From Takakia lepidozioides (Eukaryota > Plantae > Bryophyta): a stretch of 64,000 nt of DNA. Below the pieces are notes generated by a model, which saw nothing but the letters and a program-made list of their open reading frames with translations, ran no database searches and had not been told where the DNA came from. This document shows positions 1-14,100 of the stretch, piece by piece. Both the position numbers and the translations under genes were made by a program. The stretch's first letter is position 1. Each line of letters opens with the position of its first letter. The stretch lies in the NCBI GenBank assembly GCA_030704615.1, contig CM060734.1, forward strand, positions 61,566,001 to 61,630,000, in the 5' to 3' direction.

Positions 1-900
1 CCTATGTAGCTCCTTGGCTTCTCTTCCACAACATCCACAATTGAGCTTGCTTAACCCTAGATTGATAGTGACATGAGTACTAACAATCATTTAGTTGCTC
101 TCCACAAGCCATGGCACACACCATTGACTCCATAATGCATTGAAAAGATTCTCAAACCCTAGAATCCATGCTTCCACACACACAAGACTTCCCTCTTGCA
201 ATCCTTGCAAATCTTGTGGCAACAAGCTCCTTCTTGAGTTCTGCAACACCTTGGTGTAACACCACAAGTACCTTTCCTTGCAAAGGCTTGTGATCTACAA
301 GAGCTCCATCTTTGAGCTCTCCACCTCCTTAGGGCAAAGCAATATCTCTCAAAGCCCTAACACCACAAGGATTTTCCTTTGCAATATATGCAACACCTGG
401 CAGCACAAGAGCTATCTTCCCAAGGTCTTCAACACACAAGTGCTAAACTAACCCTTACACTCCGCACTCACAAGCATAAGGTCATCTTCTTGTAGTGATA
501 ATGAAAGTGAACACAAGGTAAACACTCCACTCATGAATCCACTCAATCACATAAACTAAATCAAGCCAATGGCACCTTTGCTAAATGAATCCACCCTACA
601 AAGCCCTCACCACACTCCCACTCAATACCTAGAGCTATGGAGGTGGGAGAGGCTCATGGAGGCTCAACTACAAGAAGATGAGCCCTCCTCAACACTCACA
701 AGGGGAAAACCCATCCCCATGTCCCAAATGAGGTTTGACATCTCACTTGGCATGTGAGACCAAATGAAGTCCCAACACACAAAATACAAATATAAATGTC
801 CAAAATGTCCTAGTTAACTAGAAGTAGGTAATTCTAGTTAACCATGACTAAAACCATGACAATTTCCATGACAATGTTGCAAATTGCACATTTCATAGCA
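1..900. mobile_element. Probable LTR-retrotransposon LTR/leader fragment, truncated by the window edge
   Basis: Non-coding, CA-skewed sequence with repeated caccacaag/cacacaag words. It ends ...TAGCA at 900, next to the 3' end of the SWIM ORF. No partner LTR or coding domain is visible. Confidence 0.35.
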
Positions 901-933
901 TGATCGTCCACATACCACATTGCATAGCAGATG

Positions 934-1766
934 CTACCTATGTGTTGTATCCCGCTGCAATAGAGTATCAACCTCGTTGAAACTCAGAGTGGCCTGGTGA
1001 ACGAAGTTGTCACGTTTGGAATCGCAAACCATCCTCTTCAAATACAAATGTGTGCAGGGTATGAATTTACCTCTCTTGCCCAAACTGGTTGATAACATAT
1101 TCACAAAATCAGGACATGTGCAATTGGGGAAATTGAAAACCGTGATGTCGTAGGCCCTGTCATGAACAGCAGATGTCGAAGTGATCGTTGTATACACCCG
1201 ACTATATCCTGAATCGGGCACTTCCATGGTGCTTGCAACACGAGCTTGGAGCATTCTTGCGGACTTCACTTTGCCAAAATGTTCAGCGGTTGGATTGAAA
1301 TGCCGAACCAGCTTTCCATCTCGTTTGGTTGGCCACAAGTGAGGATTTGCCGGAGGGACCCGAGAGGATGCAGAAGTAAAAGCACATGCATGCAATTGGG
1401 GTTGTCTCGCAAGAGAAAAGCCTGCCTCCTCCAGCATTGCAATCTCCTGACTCGTGAGATGTGTTCCCACCTTGACGGGCGAAACGGTTGGAGGAGCTGG
1501 CTTCATTACCACGGAAGGATGCACAGTTCTATGCACACATCTATCGTCTTGATGCTGAAGCCTGCAGTCGTGTCGGAGGTTCTTCCAGAATGGAGGTTCC
1601 GGACATGGATCTGTCATGCAGGGGAACACGAGGCTTCGAGAAGTTATCACGGTTTGCCCTGTGCGAATCGGAATCCGAACCAGGTGGGGTGTTCAATTTC
1701 CTCTTACAGGAGCCGAATCTCTCCTCCCCTTCAAGATGTAGAATTCTAGAAACAAGTGGCGTTCCC
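934..1766 (-). mobile_element. Terminal exon of a SWIM zinc-finger gene, probably from a MULE-like transposon
   Basis: ORF 934..1650 contains YDITVFNFPNCTCPDF...KFIPCTHLY (CxCxnCxH SWIM motif). A polypyrimidine/CAG acceptor lies at ~1767-1790 on the minus strand. Confidence 0.65.
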
Positions 1767-1796
1767 TGGGCATACAACAAAAAAAAAAAACAAAAC

Positions 1797-2660
1797 AGAA
1801 ATGATGATCGGCGGCACCGACCATCGCGTCCACCCAAATGTCAAATGTCAAAAGTCACCTTAAATTTATATATATATATATAATAAAAAATCGGAAAGTG
1901 ATGATCGGTGGCACCGACAGAAGTGATTGTCAGCACCGACCATCACATCCACCCAAATGTCGAATGTCAAAAGCGGAAAAAAATTAAAATTAAATTTAAA
2001 AATAAATAAAAACTGATGATCGGCGACATTGACAAAAGTAATGGTCGGCACCGACAATCGCATCCGCCCTAATGCCGAATGTCAAAAGCCAAAAAAAAAG
2101 ATCGGCGGCACTGACATAAGTGATGGTTGGCACCGACCATCACATCCACCCAAATGCCGAATGTCAAAAGCCGGAAAATTAAAAAATTAAAAATTAAAAA
2201 TTGGAGAGTGGTGATCGGTAACAGAAGTGATGGTTGGCACCGATCATCACATCCACCCAAATGCCGAATGTCCAAAAAAAAAAAAACGGAAAGTGATGAT
2301 CGGCGGCACCGACAGAAGTGATTGTCGGCACTGACCATCGCATCCACCCAAATGCCGAATGTCAAAAAAAATAAAAAATAAAAAATGATGATCGGCAGCA
2401 CCGGCAGAAGTGATGGTCGGCACCGACCATCGCATCCGCCCAAATGCCGAATGTCAAAAGCCAATTTTATTATTTTAATTATATATATATATATATATAT
2501 AACAGAAAGTGATGATCAGCGGCACCGACAGAAGTGATGGTCGGTGCCGACCATCACATCCACCCAAATGCCGAATGTCCCAAAAAAAAACAAAAAAAAA
2601 ACGGAGAGTGATGATCGGCGGCACCGACAGATGTGATGGTCGGCACCCAAATGCCGAATG
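1797..2660. repeat. Array of ~9 units of ~75 bp, each with a GATGGTCGG-CA-CCGACCATC palindromic core, separated by A/T-rich spacers
   Basis: Unit (g)aaagtgatgatcggcggcaccgacagaagtgatggtcggcaccgaccatc(g/a)catccacccaaatgccgaatgtcaaaa occurs at ~1797, 1893, 2011, 2099, 2205, 2288, 2383, 2505 and 2603. Confidence 0.9.
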
Positions 2661-2734
2661 AAGAAAAAGTATTAAAAAAAAAATTGTACAGAGGTCTGGA
2701 TAGCTGAAGGAGCAGGGATAGAGTGTGGGTCCAG

Positions 2735-5700
2735 ATTCATCCAAGAGGGCCGAATTTCAAGCTCCAGATTACCTATGATTCCCTGTGGAAGGATAGCTAC
2801 ACGAAACCTGCATGGGTAGATGGTGAACTGGAAGCCACAGCACCAGCGGCTCAATTGATAAAATCAGGCACTGCTAATGAAGGTACCTTCTTCAACAGAT
2901 TTCACCCTGTTTTTCCCTCTTATCAGAATTGGCCCTAAATTTTCATGTGGAATTCTGATACTTTTCTGACCCCGGGCAATGGCGGGACAATCGAGGCAAA
3001 AAGGTGAATGCTTGTTGGATTACAAAGAGTAGCAGATGCAATTGACCATAGGAACTAGTGTGATAAGTTGAGTTAGGTGTTTCATAGAACAAATCTAGGC
3101 TGTCATTGTCAGGTGCTAGCAGCAAGGCAAGGATGCAGTATGCATGATTTGTGCAGAGGCATGGATAGCTGAAGGAGGAGGGATAGAGTGTGGGTCCAGG
3201 TTCATCCAAGAGGGCTGGACTTCAAGCTCCAGATTACCTATGATTCCATGTGGATCAATAGCTACAAGAAACCTGCATGGGTAGATGGTCAAGTAAAGGT
3301 AGCAGCTGCAGCGGCACAGTTGATAAAATCAAGCACCTCAACCATGACCACACCTTCTGAAAGAGGATCAAGAGAGGGAGTCCACAATGCCTCTTCTGCT
3401 GGGCATGTGAAGATGCTTTGTGAGGTAGGCAGACTGACAGAGGTTCTACAACTTTAAACTAACAAGGCATTTCAGCAGATTCAGATACGTCTTCTGTCTC
3501 TTGCTTAAGTGCATCAAGATGAAAGGTCTGGAAGCTGGAAACAGGTGCACACTCACATTATCCAAGTGATTAACGCCAAATGTTTTTCTACTCAACACCC
3601 TTGTCAACATGTATGTTAAGTGTGGGAGCATCATGGATGCTCACCAGGTTTTCCACAGAATGCCTCGACCATCTTTGATCACGTGGAATATAATGTTGGC
3701 AGGATTTACCAAGCATGGGTGTGGTAGGAATGCTTTGGAGACCTATGAGCAAATGTTGCACATCACGTTCGTTTGTGTTTGCAATTTGTGTGCAAGCCTG
3801 GGAGCCCTGGAAAAGGGGAAAGAGGTCCATGATGACATCGTGAAAGCTGGAATTGTACCAGATGTGATTCTGAACAACACCCTCGGGGACATACATGTCA
3901 AATGTGGGCATTGAGGATGTGGAGGGAGTGTTCAACAATATGGCTGAACGAGATTTGGTGTCATGGAACACCATGCTTGCAGGGTATGCACTACAGGGGG
4001 GCGGGATGGAGGCCTTGGAGACCTATGAGCAAATGATGGTGGAAGGGGTGAAGCGCAACCACATCGCGTTTGTGTGCGTTTGCAGTGCGTGTGCAAGCCT
4101 GGCAGCCTTGGAAAAGGGCAAAGAGGTACATGGTTGCATCGCCAAAGCTAGAATTGTACCAGATGTGATTCTGAACAATACCCTCGTGGACATGTATGCC
4201 AAATGTGGGTGCATTGAGGATGCGTAGGGAGTGTTCGACAATATGGCTGAACGAAATGTGGTGTCGTGGAACGCGATGATCGTAGGATATGCCCAGCATG
4301 GTCATAGTGAGGTCCTGCAACTATTTGAAGGAAATGCAAAAGAATGGCTTGAAGCTGGACAATCTCACCTTTATATGTGTTCACTCTGCATGCAGCCACA
4401 CTGGCCTACTGAATGAAGGAAATCAAGATCATGGTGTCACTCCGACAGTAAAGCACTTTGGCTGTATGGTGGACCTTCTTGGACGTGCGGGACAACTAGA
4501 TGAGGCAGTGGATCTGATTAATAAGATGCCAATCAATCCAGATCTTGTGGTGTGGAAGGCCGTGCTTGGTGCCTGCAGAATCCATGGCAATGTGGAGATG
4601 GCTGAACGTGCGGCAACATCTATCCTCAAATGGGATGAACATGATGTCGTGACTTATGTGTTGGTATCAAACATGTATGCTGCAGCTGGCAGGTGGGATG
4701 ATACTACAAAGGTGAGAAGAATGATGAAGGTCAGAGGGGTTAGAAAAGCAGCCAGGTCGTTGCTGCATTGGGGTTGGCAACAGGGTGCACACCTTGTTGT
4801 AGATGACAAGTTGCATCCCAATTAAGGAAATCCATGCTGAGCTGAGAAGATTGTCTGGGCAGATGAAAGGAGGCGGGGTATGTGTCTGATACGCGCTATG
4901 TATTGCATGATGTGGGGGAGGAGGAAAAGGAATTTTCTCTTTGTCACCACAGTGAGAGGCTGGCCATTGGTTTTGGGCTGATCAGGTTTGTGTGCGGTTG
5001 CAGTGCGTGTGCAAGCCTAGCAGCCCTGGAAAAGGGCAAAGAGGCCCATGGCAGCAACATTGTCAGAGCTGATGTGGTGTCGTAGAACTCGATGCTTGTA
5101 GGGTATGCACAGCAGGGGCACTGGATGAAGGCTTTGGCTCCAGATGTTGTGCTTGGCACACTATGTAAACCCACTATGTAAGACTAGGGAGTAGTTGAGC
5201 AGCTTAGTCTCAACCCTTTCCTAGTGCCAACAAATGATATGGATTCACACCAAAAAGGTCTGGAAGCTGGAAAGCAGGTACACACTCACAAGCATCGCAG
5301 GGTATGCAGAGCAGGGCGTAGGATGGTGGATTTGGAGACCTATGATCAAATGATGGGGGAAGGGGTGAAGCCCCAACCACATCACATTTTTGTGTGATTG
5401 CAATGCTTATGCAAGCCTGGCAGCCCTGGAAAAGGTCAAAGAGGTCTATGTTGACATTATCAAAGCTGGAATTGTACCAGATGTCATTCTGAACTCTGCC
5501 CTGGTGGACATGTATGCCCAATGTGGGTGCATTGAGGATGCAAAGCAAGGAACTTATGTGTACACTGTTTATATACTGGGTTGGCAGGGAGGCTTTGGAG
5601 ATTGTGAATGGGTGATGCTTGTAGGGTATGCACAGCATGGACATGGTATAGAGGCTTTGGAGACCTATGATCAAATATTGATGGGGGAAGGGGTGAAGCC

Positions 5701-6305
5701 CAACCACATCACGTTGCAGCATACTTGTACTTCACAGCCATGGCAGCTCTCTCAGACCCTCCATTTTTTTTTCTTTTGGTTTTTTTGGCGCTGGGAGAGA
5801 GCAGCAATTCTGCTGTCTCCTTCCCCTTGCTTATGCCGATCGTTAAAGAGGAAATTGTCATTTTGAACTCTGCCTTGGTGGACATGTATGCCAAATGTGG
5901 GTGCAGCAAGCCTGATGTGAATGGAGAGTTTGACAATATGGCTGAACGAGTTGTGGTATTTTGGAGTGCCATGATTGCAAGGTATGTGCAACATGGGTAT
6001 GGGACTAAGGCTTTGGAAACATAAGAGCAAATGATGTGGGAAGGGATGAAGCCGGACCAGGCCGTCATGTTCATTTGTTTTTGTAATATGCATATGCGAG
6101 TCTAGCAGCCCTGGGAAGGGGCAAAGAGGTTTATGGTGACATTATCCAAACTGGAATTGTATCAGATGTCATTCTGAACATTCCCCTGGTGTACATCTAC
6201 GTCAAATGTGAGCCTGGCAGCCATCAAAAGGGCACAAAGGTCCATGATGACATCGTCAAAGCTGGAGTTGTCACTCTAAACACTGCCTTGGTGGATATGT
6301 ATTTC
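2735..6305 (+). pseudogene. PDF(OSB)-PLS-PPR-DYW pseudogene plus additional PPR fragments
   Basis: PDF half-exons IHPRGPNFKLQITYDSLW..KPAWV (2735) and PGQWRDNRGKK|gt (to 3003) are followed by VHPRGLDFK... running into degenerate P/L/S repeats, E domains and a DYW domain broken after [11 protein letters not shown] (~4985). More PPR fragments extend to ~6305. There are many frameshifts and stops. Confidence 0.9.
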
Positions 6306-9145
6306 AAGACAGCCCCGGAAGTGGATGTCACTTTGGGTGACAAGGTAGCTGGCACCACCATTCTCCGGAACTACCTGAATTCATTCTCAAAATGATTTCT
6401 AATGTTCTCTTGACATGTCCACGATAGTGCTGGACCTAGCTGCACAGCAGATTATCCTTACTCAATGACTTTCAGTTGGGTAGTGATCTATGGATATGGC
6501 AACATGGCCTTAATGTTGGTCATTTGTAGAATGTGGCCAAAACTTGTTTTGCAAATCACTCTTGATATAAAACCAGTTTTGAGCCATCCAAATGTTTTTG
6601 GTTCCGACCTGTATTTGTATTATATGTTTTGTTGTATTTGTAATATATTTTCAATGCAGTGCAGCGAATCAAAAAATTTAAATACAATATCCACTAATTC
6701 ACATATGTACAGATATAAACTAAAAGTAAATGAAAAAAACGAAATAACAGTAATAAACAAAAAACCAAATATTAAATAAAAAGCCTCTCAATTCATATAT
6801 ATATATATATATATATATGTATTATTATATTTATGTGTATATATGTATATACACCTCTAGAGTGAAACATATTTACTAAAATGTGTCATCTTTTACTGCA
6901 GTAGAATATTACAATATACAAAGTCAAGCAAACTCACTATCAGTAATTTACAGTCAAACTGTATACTAAACATCATGGAACATAGTCAAACTAGCAAACA
7001 CAGTTGTTGGAAGTTTACCACGAGGATGGACACCAGTGTGATGTTGAGGAAGAAAGAACTTCAGAATCAAGCATGGTAGATCTTCCTCCTGGAGGCAATC
7101 CTCACTGCCCTAGAGGTAAAATACTCTGAATTACTCTCGATTCTTTGTTTATGAAACCCACTCTATTCTATAACATTACATGCCTGGCATCAAATGTGTA
7201 TCATGAAGAGAGACTGTCTCCTCAATGGCGCATCTTCTGTGTCAATACCATTGATGCTTTCGTTTGTGAGCTTGTACAACCAATATTTAATTGTTGTACT
7301 TATATTGTTATCAATTGGCTGTCATGGATGCTCACCACAAACATTTTCCTAGTAATGAATTTTAGCTTCCTATGCACCTGCCTAAGTTGCCGATTCACCA
7401 CAAGATGTTCAAGTGTACATAGTGGTTCATTCTGTTGTTCCTGTGAATAGAAACCTAGTTTGTTTCCCTCATGTTCTAAAACTCCATGGCTTCATTGGGA
7501 GAGGAATCTGGCAGGTATTGAGGATTTTCAACCAGATACTGCGGATGAAGATGTTGACACTAGGGATGGCAAGGATGAACCGATGGAGAATGAATTACCC
7601 GTCGTAGATTCAGATGCAACCACTGAAGATGAAGGCAGTAGTGAGATGGTGCCCATGGCAGGTGGGTCACACCCTAATATTCAGTCTTAGTACTACTTTT
7701 TTGCCTTGTTTGGAACTGTGTGAATGATTTAAAAGGTTGAGTAGTGAATCCTGGTCTGATTTACATCATTGGCCCACACGCAGCAGGTGGTCGGTGCTCG
7801 CAAAACCTTGTCCTGTCTCCATCGGGGGCACATGGGCCTCCCATTCAGGACCCCTTTGAGGTTGCTCAAAAAATTAACTTCACTCTCCTGGCAAACCAAC
7901 AAGACAAAACATTGGAAAGAGATGGAAATGGCAAATTTCGAAGTGGTTGGAGTACCTTTCTTGAAGAAAGACATCGAGTCAGGGTTGCTTGAGCATAAGA
8001 GACATTATCATGCTGGCAGGGATACAAAGTATGATTTGGCAGAGAAGGGCGCCTGTAGTGTTCGTAAGCTTTTTTCAGAGACTGAGGCTTCAAAGGAACA
8101 ACATTCTGTGGAGAAGTATGGGGGTTTCCTGTCCAAGGAACATCAGAACCCCATTGGGTCAGGGTATTCTCCAACAGGGAGCTTGAGCTACCTAGGCTCA
8201 CAAGTCTGTCCTTTAGTTTGCTTTGTCTTGCTTGACTTGGCTGAAATGGTTGCCCGTGGCTTGTATTTTGCAATTTTCATGCATGGTATTCTCTGCTGGT
8301 AGCTCTCATGGTCTCTGGGTGTCACATTTGAACATTTTTTGTTTGCTGTGTACTAGTATTCCGAAGCCCTTGAAGAGGAAGACTGTATTATGAGCAAGGT
8401 CACAGTAGCATCATAATTTAGCCCAAGTTTTATTTTTGATACATGCACTGGTAGGACCCAAGGGAAGAATCACAGGCTCGAGCACTGGATTGCTTGGACA
8501 AGCTAGTATGGTTGAACACCACCAGCTCTTGGAATGTTGGCATGAGAGAGTGGTCCAATGGAATATCTACAGAATGGAAATGGAGCCTTTCAGCGACTTC
8601 CATGGAAACTTTAACCTCGCTCACCACCCTACCCAATTGTAGGTTTGTGTCCTTTAAGTATCCCCTGGATGTCAGTTTAAATGAGATTTACTTTTAGATG
8701 GCTTGGCCATATGTGAATTCTGTTTAGGGGTAACTTAGTCAAAGGCCAACAATCAATTCCGGTACAATTTAACAGTAGACCTTACTCACCACCTTCTAGT
8801 ACCTTTTCCTGAGAGGCAGAAAATGCATGATGATCTGTTGAACAATTACAATGGACCTTGATTGTTGGGACTGTTTTTGGATAACTGGAGAAGGATGGAA
8901 CAAGAGGATGCAGAGCTCCCACCCTAGCCACGACTAGAAGAGAGAGCCATGGGTCATGTCAGGTCCCTTCGTCAATCATACTGGCAACGACGTCACTGAA
9001 ATGTACCCTGAAGAAGAGCTGGTAAGTAAAATGTATGAGCTCAATTGTTAATAGCTCAACTGCTCTTAGCCAATGTCAGCTTTAGTGCCTGCACAATTTT
9101 GTTGTAGGGCTTATGCGAAGCAATGATAGTTCTGGTCTCGAAAGT

Positions 9146-10020
9146 ATTAGATGTTGCGTATACTTTACCATGAAATGCAAGCCATGATCTGAGATTAACC
9201 TGGTATTGTCGGATTACACCAAAACTAGATAAACTTGGGTGAGGTTATAGGCTTTACGGTCGATGTAATGATACGTGTTGTTTTCCTATTTTCCTGTACA
9301 GTTCTATGTAATTATGTTGATATAGGGTTGTATAGAAATAAAACAAACGGTGGCCTTATGTTTTTAATGTTTTGATGTTTTGGTGATCAACAACTTGTAC
9401 GATCGTACGTTCATGTATTGATTGTGGATACTCTTGAGCAATCAACAATGAGCAATAAGCAATTTGTAAGGGTCACTTGGTATTTACCGAAGTGACAGAG
9501 CAAGAGCTTTATGATACCCTTGAGCAATCAGCTATGAGCAATCAACAATCAGCAAGGGTCACTTGGTATTTACCAAAGTGACAGAGCAAGAGCTTCATGA
9601 TCAGCTGACAAGTGATTGCATTGTTTTATGTTTAACAATTTTTTTGTTTATTCCACACAAGTGCATAGAATTATTGGAACATAATGCATACACGATATTA
9701 GGTGTTGCATATACTAGGTGTTGCATATACTTTACCATGAAATGCAAGCCATGATCTGAGATTAACATGGTTTTGTCAATACCAACACTGCAAAACTGTG
9801 AAGTTATAGGTTTTACGGTCGATATAGTGATGCGTGTTGTTTTCCTGTACAGTTCTATGTAATTAGTATATGTTGGGTTGTATAGAAATAATATAACACT
9901 GGCTTTGTTTTTAATGTTTTGGTGTTTTGGTGATCAACAACATGTACGATCATATGTGCATGTATTGATCGTGAATACTCTTGAGCAATCAGCTACAAGC
10001 AATAAGCAATCAACAAGGGC
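9146..10020. repeat. Direct duplication of ~320 bp (9146-9472 vs ~9715-10020) with internal sub-repeats
   Basis: Both copies start ...tgttgc(g/a)tatactttaccatgaaatgcaagccatgatctgagattaac and end ...ctcttgagcaatca...agcaataagcaat. Confidence 0.8.
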
Positions 10021-11122
10021 CAACTTTCATCTTACATTCAATGAACCTACAACACACTATAATTCTCAATTAGATAATATATCTATTAATTCACCTACAC
10101 AACATTGTTTGTCTGAAACAAAAAAACATATTGGACCGACCACAAATCCATTTACTTAGCATTCAAAATTCCAGATTAAGTCAATCATTTTACAACCGAT
10201 TTGTAATCATTTTACAACCGATTTGTAACTACGGTGAGGCAGGGCTTGCATGTATTCCAGGTCCCAACTGTGGGACTACGCACACTTGGCACGAATCAGC
10301 CCAATAAAATACTACATTGTACCAGATTAGATATGTGAGAGTTACACTGCCTCGCAACACTTTGAGTCACCTCGCCCAGCGGTAGGATGCGTGGTGCTGT
10401 GCTCGAGAATAAGCAGGATGACCTTGGCTACCATCTCTCACAAATGTTATTTCCACTGTCCATTGGTCCCTCGTTGTGGTGTGCTACGTTTGTCATTGAA
10501 CTGAAACATTTGAGTTTGATCAATGAAATCATACTTGGAAAATGTAGGTTGATTGTCCATCACAGGCTGCCCAGAGCTAACCATCTCACATTTTTATCTT
10601 GGCCTCTCCTCAAATCATATCGTTGAACCTGATATCGACTAAAACAACGAGGGCTGGAAATGGGCAATTAGCGTTGACAGGCCACACCGCTACACCTGCC
10701 AGAGAGAAAACGGTAGATTCCCTGGAACGACTTAGTAGAAAGCAACAGAGAAATGCCACACCTCCACATTTGACGGAAGGCCAAGGTCTGAGAGTGAGTG
10801 GTTGCCGACACTGTCAAACCAGCTGAGACCACTGCACTGGTGACAAGAAATGGACCACTGAACTCCAAGCGATGAAATTTGAAATCTTCCCTTCACCGGG
10901 CTCCACCAAAGCCAGACTCTTCATTCTATACTTCGACAGCAGCAGTAGCAAGGTAAGCAAGGAATCATCACCCATCACTGCCAGGAATCGGGCCCATTGA
11001 AACGAGCATGCTATGTCCAGTACCTGCCAATCACTGTTCAACATGTAGTTCGTGAATTCCAATGAAGCAGCTGCCGCCTTCACTATCTCTCTCTCTCTTC
11101 CCCGAACAGATTATGGAGCAAG

Positions 11123-14100
11123 AATGGCCTCCGTATACGGCATGAGGCATACCAGAGAAGATTGAACCCACACCCACTGCAGCATCGACGGCAGCGTCTT
11201 CCCGCGTTCGAGGACGCAAGGCCCTGTCGTCTCGCTGCGGTGATGCAGCGGATTGAAGGGCTGGGCTGTGGAGCTGCAGGAGGCATCCCCCTCTGCAATG
11301 CACAGACGACGGAGTGAGTCTCTTGCATACGGTGGCTACGGCGCCTTCAGGGATGCCATTCAAATCAGATACTACTAACACGAAACACTTCGCGGTTTCC
11401 TTTTCCGCTTGTGTTGTATGTATACGCCGTCGGATCCAGGGTTCGGAATTTTGTTTTGCGCAATTCAGCAGAAACGAATGTACTCCGGGCAAAGACTCAA
11501 GAAAGCGCACCGGATCGTTAGGCATTGGTATATCTGGCAGCGCTGGAGCACGGAACAGCGCTGGCAGGAGTTCTTTGAAGATAACTTACTTCACAATGGT
11601 GGGACAGTAGCCTTGACAAGGTGAGCTTTCTTCATCCAATGGAGCCCAAAGCGACTTTGCATGAATAAGCTCACTAGCACTCCTCCATACGCGAACTTGT
11701 CAAAATGTTGATGCTGTGGGATTTTCGGGCTCAAAGGTCTACTGCGGAGCATGGAGCAGAGCTGGCACGAGATTTAATAAAGATCCTTCTCATTGGTGGG
11801 ACAAATGCAATCGCAAGGTGTGGCTTTCTTAACATGCGATGTGAAGAAGTTTGTCCACCTGCAAATGTGGGCTCTTCCTGTCAGTATCATGATTGGGTAT
11901 TTTTCCTGGTGTTTACAAGGTACTTCGAGGGTCAGCTTGGTCTTAGGAGGCCGAGCTTAAATCTGCAGCTGCTCAGCTGCACTGTGGTGGTTCTCCTCAC
12001 AGACCAATCCGAGATCACCTGACTACAGACACAAGCAGCACACACAAGAGGTCCTTTTGGGTTGATGGTGGGTTGAATCCTCCATGGCTGATAGAAAAGC
12101 GAGCTGCTTTCATGACTCAAGGTCAAGGAGAATGTGGCTAGGGCACCTTCTTCTTCAGCCCTGTTTTTCACTCCATCAGAGGTGTCCATAATTTTTCATG
12201 TTGAATATTGCAAGTAAGCTTGCTGGGTGGATCTATCGTGGTTTGCAGTGATTATTTCGATGTTACCCTGTGGCAATAGGAAAGTATCCAAAAACAGGTA
12301 GCGGAGACGAGGAGAAGCTCTGGAATGAATATATTTCCACCCCAGTCAATGGTGGGACAATCGAGGGAAAAAGGTGACTGCCTATGCAATGCAAAGCTGT
12401 GCTGGAAATTGTCATCCTCTCTCTCTCCGGCACATTTTTAAATTCTTGGGAGCAATTCAGCATAGGAACTTGTGTAGGGTTGATGTGTTTGCTAGAACAA
12501 ATCTAGGCTGTCACTGTCAGCTACTAGCAGCAAGGCAAGGATCTGGTGCAGAGGCAGGGATAGCTGAAGGAGCAGGGATACAGTGTGGGTCCAGATGACA
12601 ATATGGCTGAGTGAGATGTGTTGTCTTGGAATGCAATGATTGCAGGATATGCACAGCAGTGACGTGGGATGGAGGCTTTGGAGACCTATGAGCAAATGAT
12701 GTGGGAAGGGGTGGTCCAACCACATCACGTTTGCTTGCATTTGCAATGCGTGTGTGAGCCTGGCAGTCCTGGAAAAGGGCAAAGAGGTCCATGGTGACAT
12801 TGTCAAAGCTGGAATTGTACCAGATGTCATTCTGACAGTACCGTCGTGGACATGTATGCCAAATGTGGGTGCATCAAGGATGCAAAGGGAGTGTTGAATG
12901 AGTGCTGAATGAGATGTGGTGTCTTGGAGCGCAATGATCGCAGGATATGCCCAGCAGGGGCACGGGATGGAGGCTTTGGAGACCTATGAGCACGTGGTGC
13001 GGGAAGGGGTGAAGCCCAACCACATTACGTTTGTTTGCGGTTGCAATGCGTGTGCGAGCCTGGCAGCCCTGGAAAAGGGCAGAGCGGTCCATGGTGACAT
13101 CGTCAAAGCTGGAACTGTACCAGATGACGTTCTGAACAAGACCCTCGTGGACATGTATGCCAAATGTGGGTGCATCGAGGGATGCCAAGGGAGTGTACGC
13201 GACAATATGGCCAAACGAAATGTGGTGTCTTGGAGCGTGATGATCGCAGGATATGCCCAGTATGGTTGTCATAGGGAGGCCTTGCTACTCTTTGAAGGAT
13301 TGCAAAGGGAAGGCTTAAAGCCGGACAGTATCACATTTGTTAAGTGTTCTCTCTGCATGCAGCCATGTTGGCCTACTGCAATGATCGCAGGATATGCACA
13401 GAAGGGGTGCGGGGTATAGGCTTTGGAGACCTATGAGTAAATGATGTGGGAAGGGGTGAAGTCCAACCACACCACGTTTGCTGCTGTATGCCAGAAATGT
13501 TGGTTGGTGCAAGTTAACGCGTCCCCACAATTGTTCCTCATTTGCACCTCATGCCTGGCAGTCCTGGAAAAGGGCAAAGAGGTCCATGGTGCCATCGTCA
13601 GAGCTGGAATCGTACCAAAGGTCATTCTGAACACTGCTCTGATGAAAATGTATGCCAAATGTGGGAGCATGGAGGATGTGAAGGGAATGTTTGACAATAT
13701 GGGTGAGTGAGATGTGGTGTCTTGGAATGCAATGATTGCAGGATATGCACAGCAGGGACGTGGGACGGAGGCTTTGGAGACCTATGAGCAAATGATGTGG
13801 GAAGGGATGAAGCGCAACCCACATCACGTTTGCTAGCGTTTGCAATGCGTGTGCGAGCCTGGCAGCCCTGGAAAAGGGCAAAGAGGTCCATGGTCACATC
13901 GTCAAAGCTGGGATTGTACCAGATGTCATTCTGACAGTACCTTCGTGGACATGTATGCCCAATGTGGGTGCATCAAGGATACAAAGGGAGTGTTTAATGA
14001 GTGCTCAATGAATGTGGTGTCTTGGAGCGCAATGATCGCAGGATATGCCCAGCAGGGGCACGGAATGGAGGCTTTGTAGACCTATGAGCACATGGTGCGG

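Noticed and set aside
1797-2660. CRISPR-like repeat/spacer appearance (also 49551-50640)
   Set aside because: The context is eukaryotic with no cas genes. Repeats are degenerate and spacers are low-complexity or irregular in length.
10814-11083. Minus-strand ORF with W..FL..MGDD.LL.LL resembling the TERT N-terminal region
   Set aside because: It is a single short motif with no other TERT features nearby, so a chance match is likely.
11031-12190. Apparently conserved minus-strand peptides shared with 19990-21700 and 26865-27416
   Set aside because: These are shadow frames. The plus strand gives OSB PDF motifs with consistent GT-AG splice sites.
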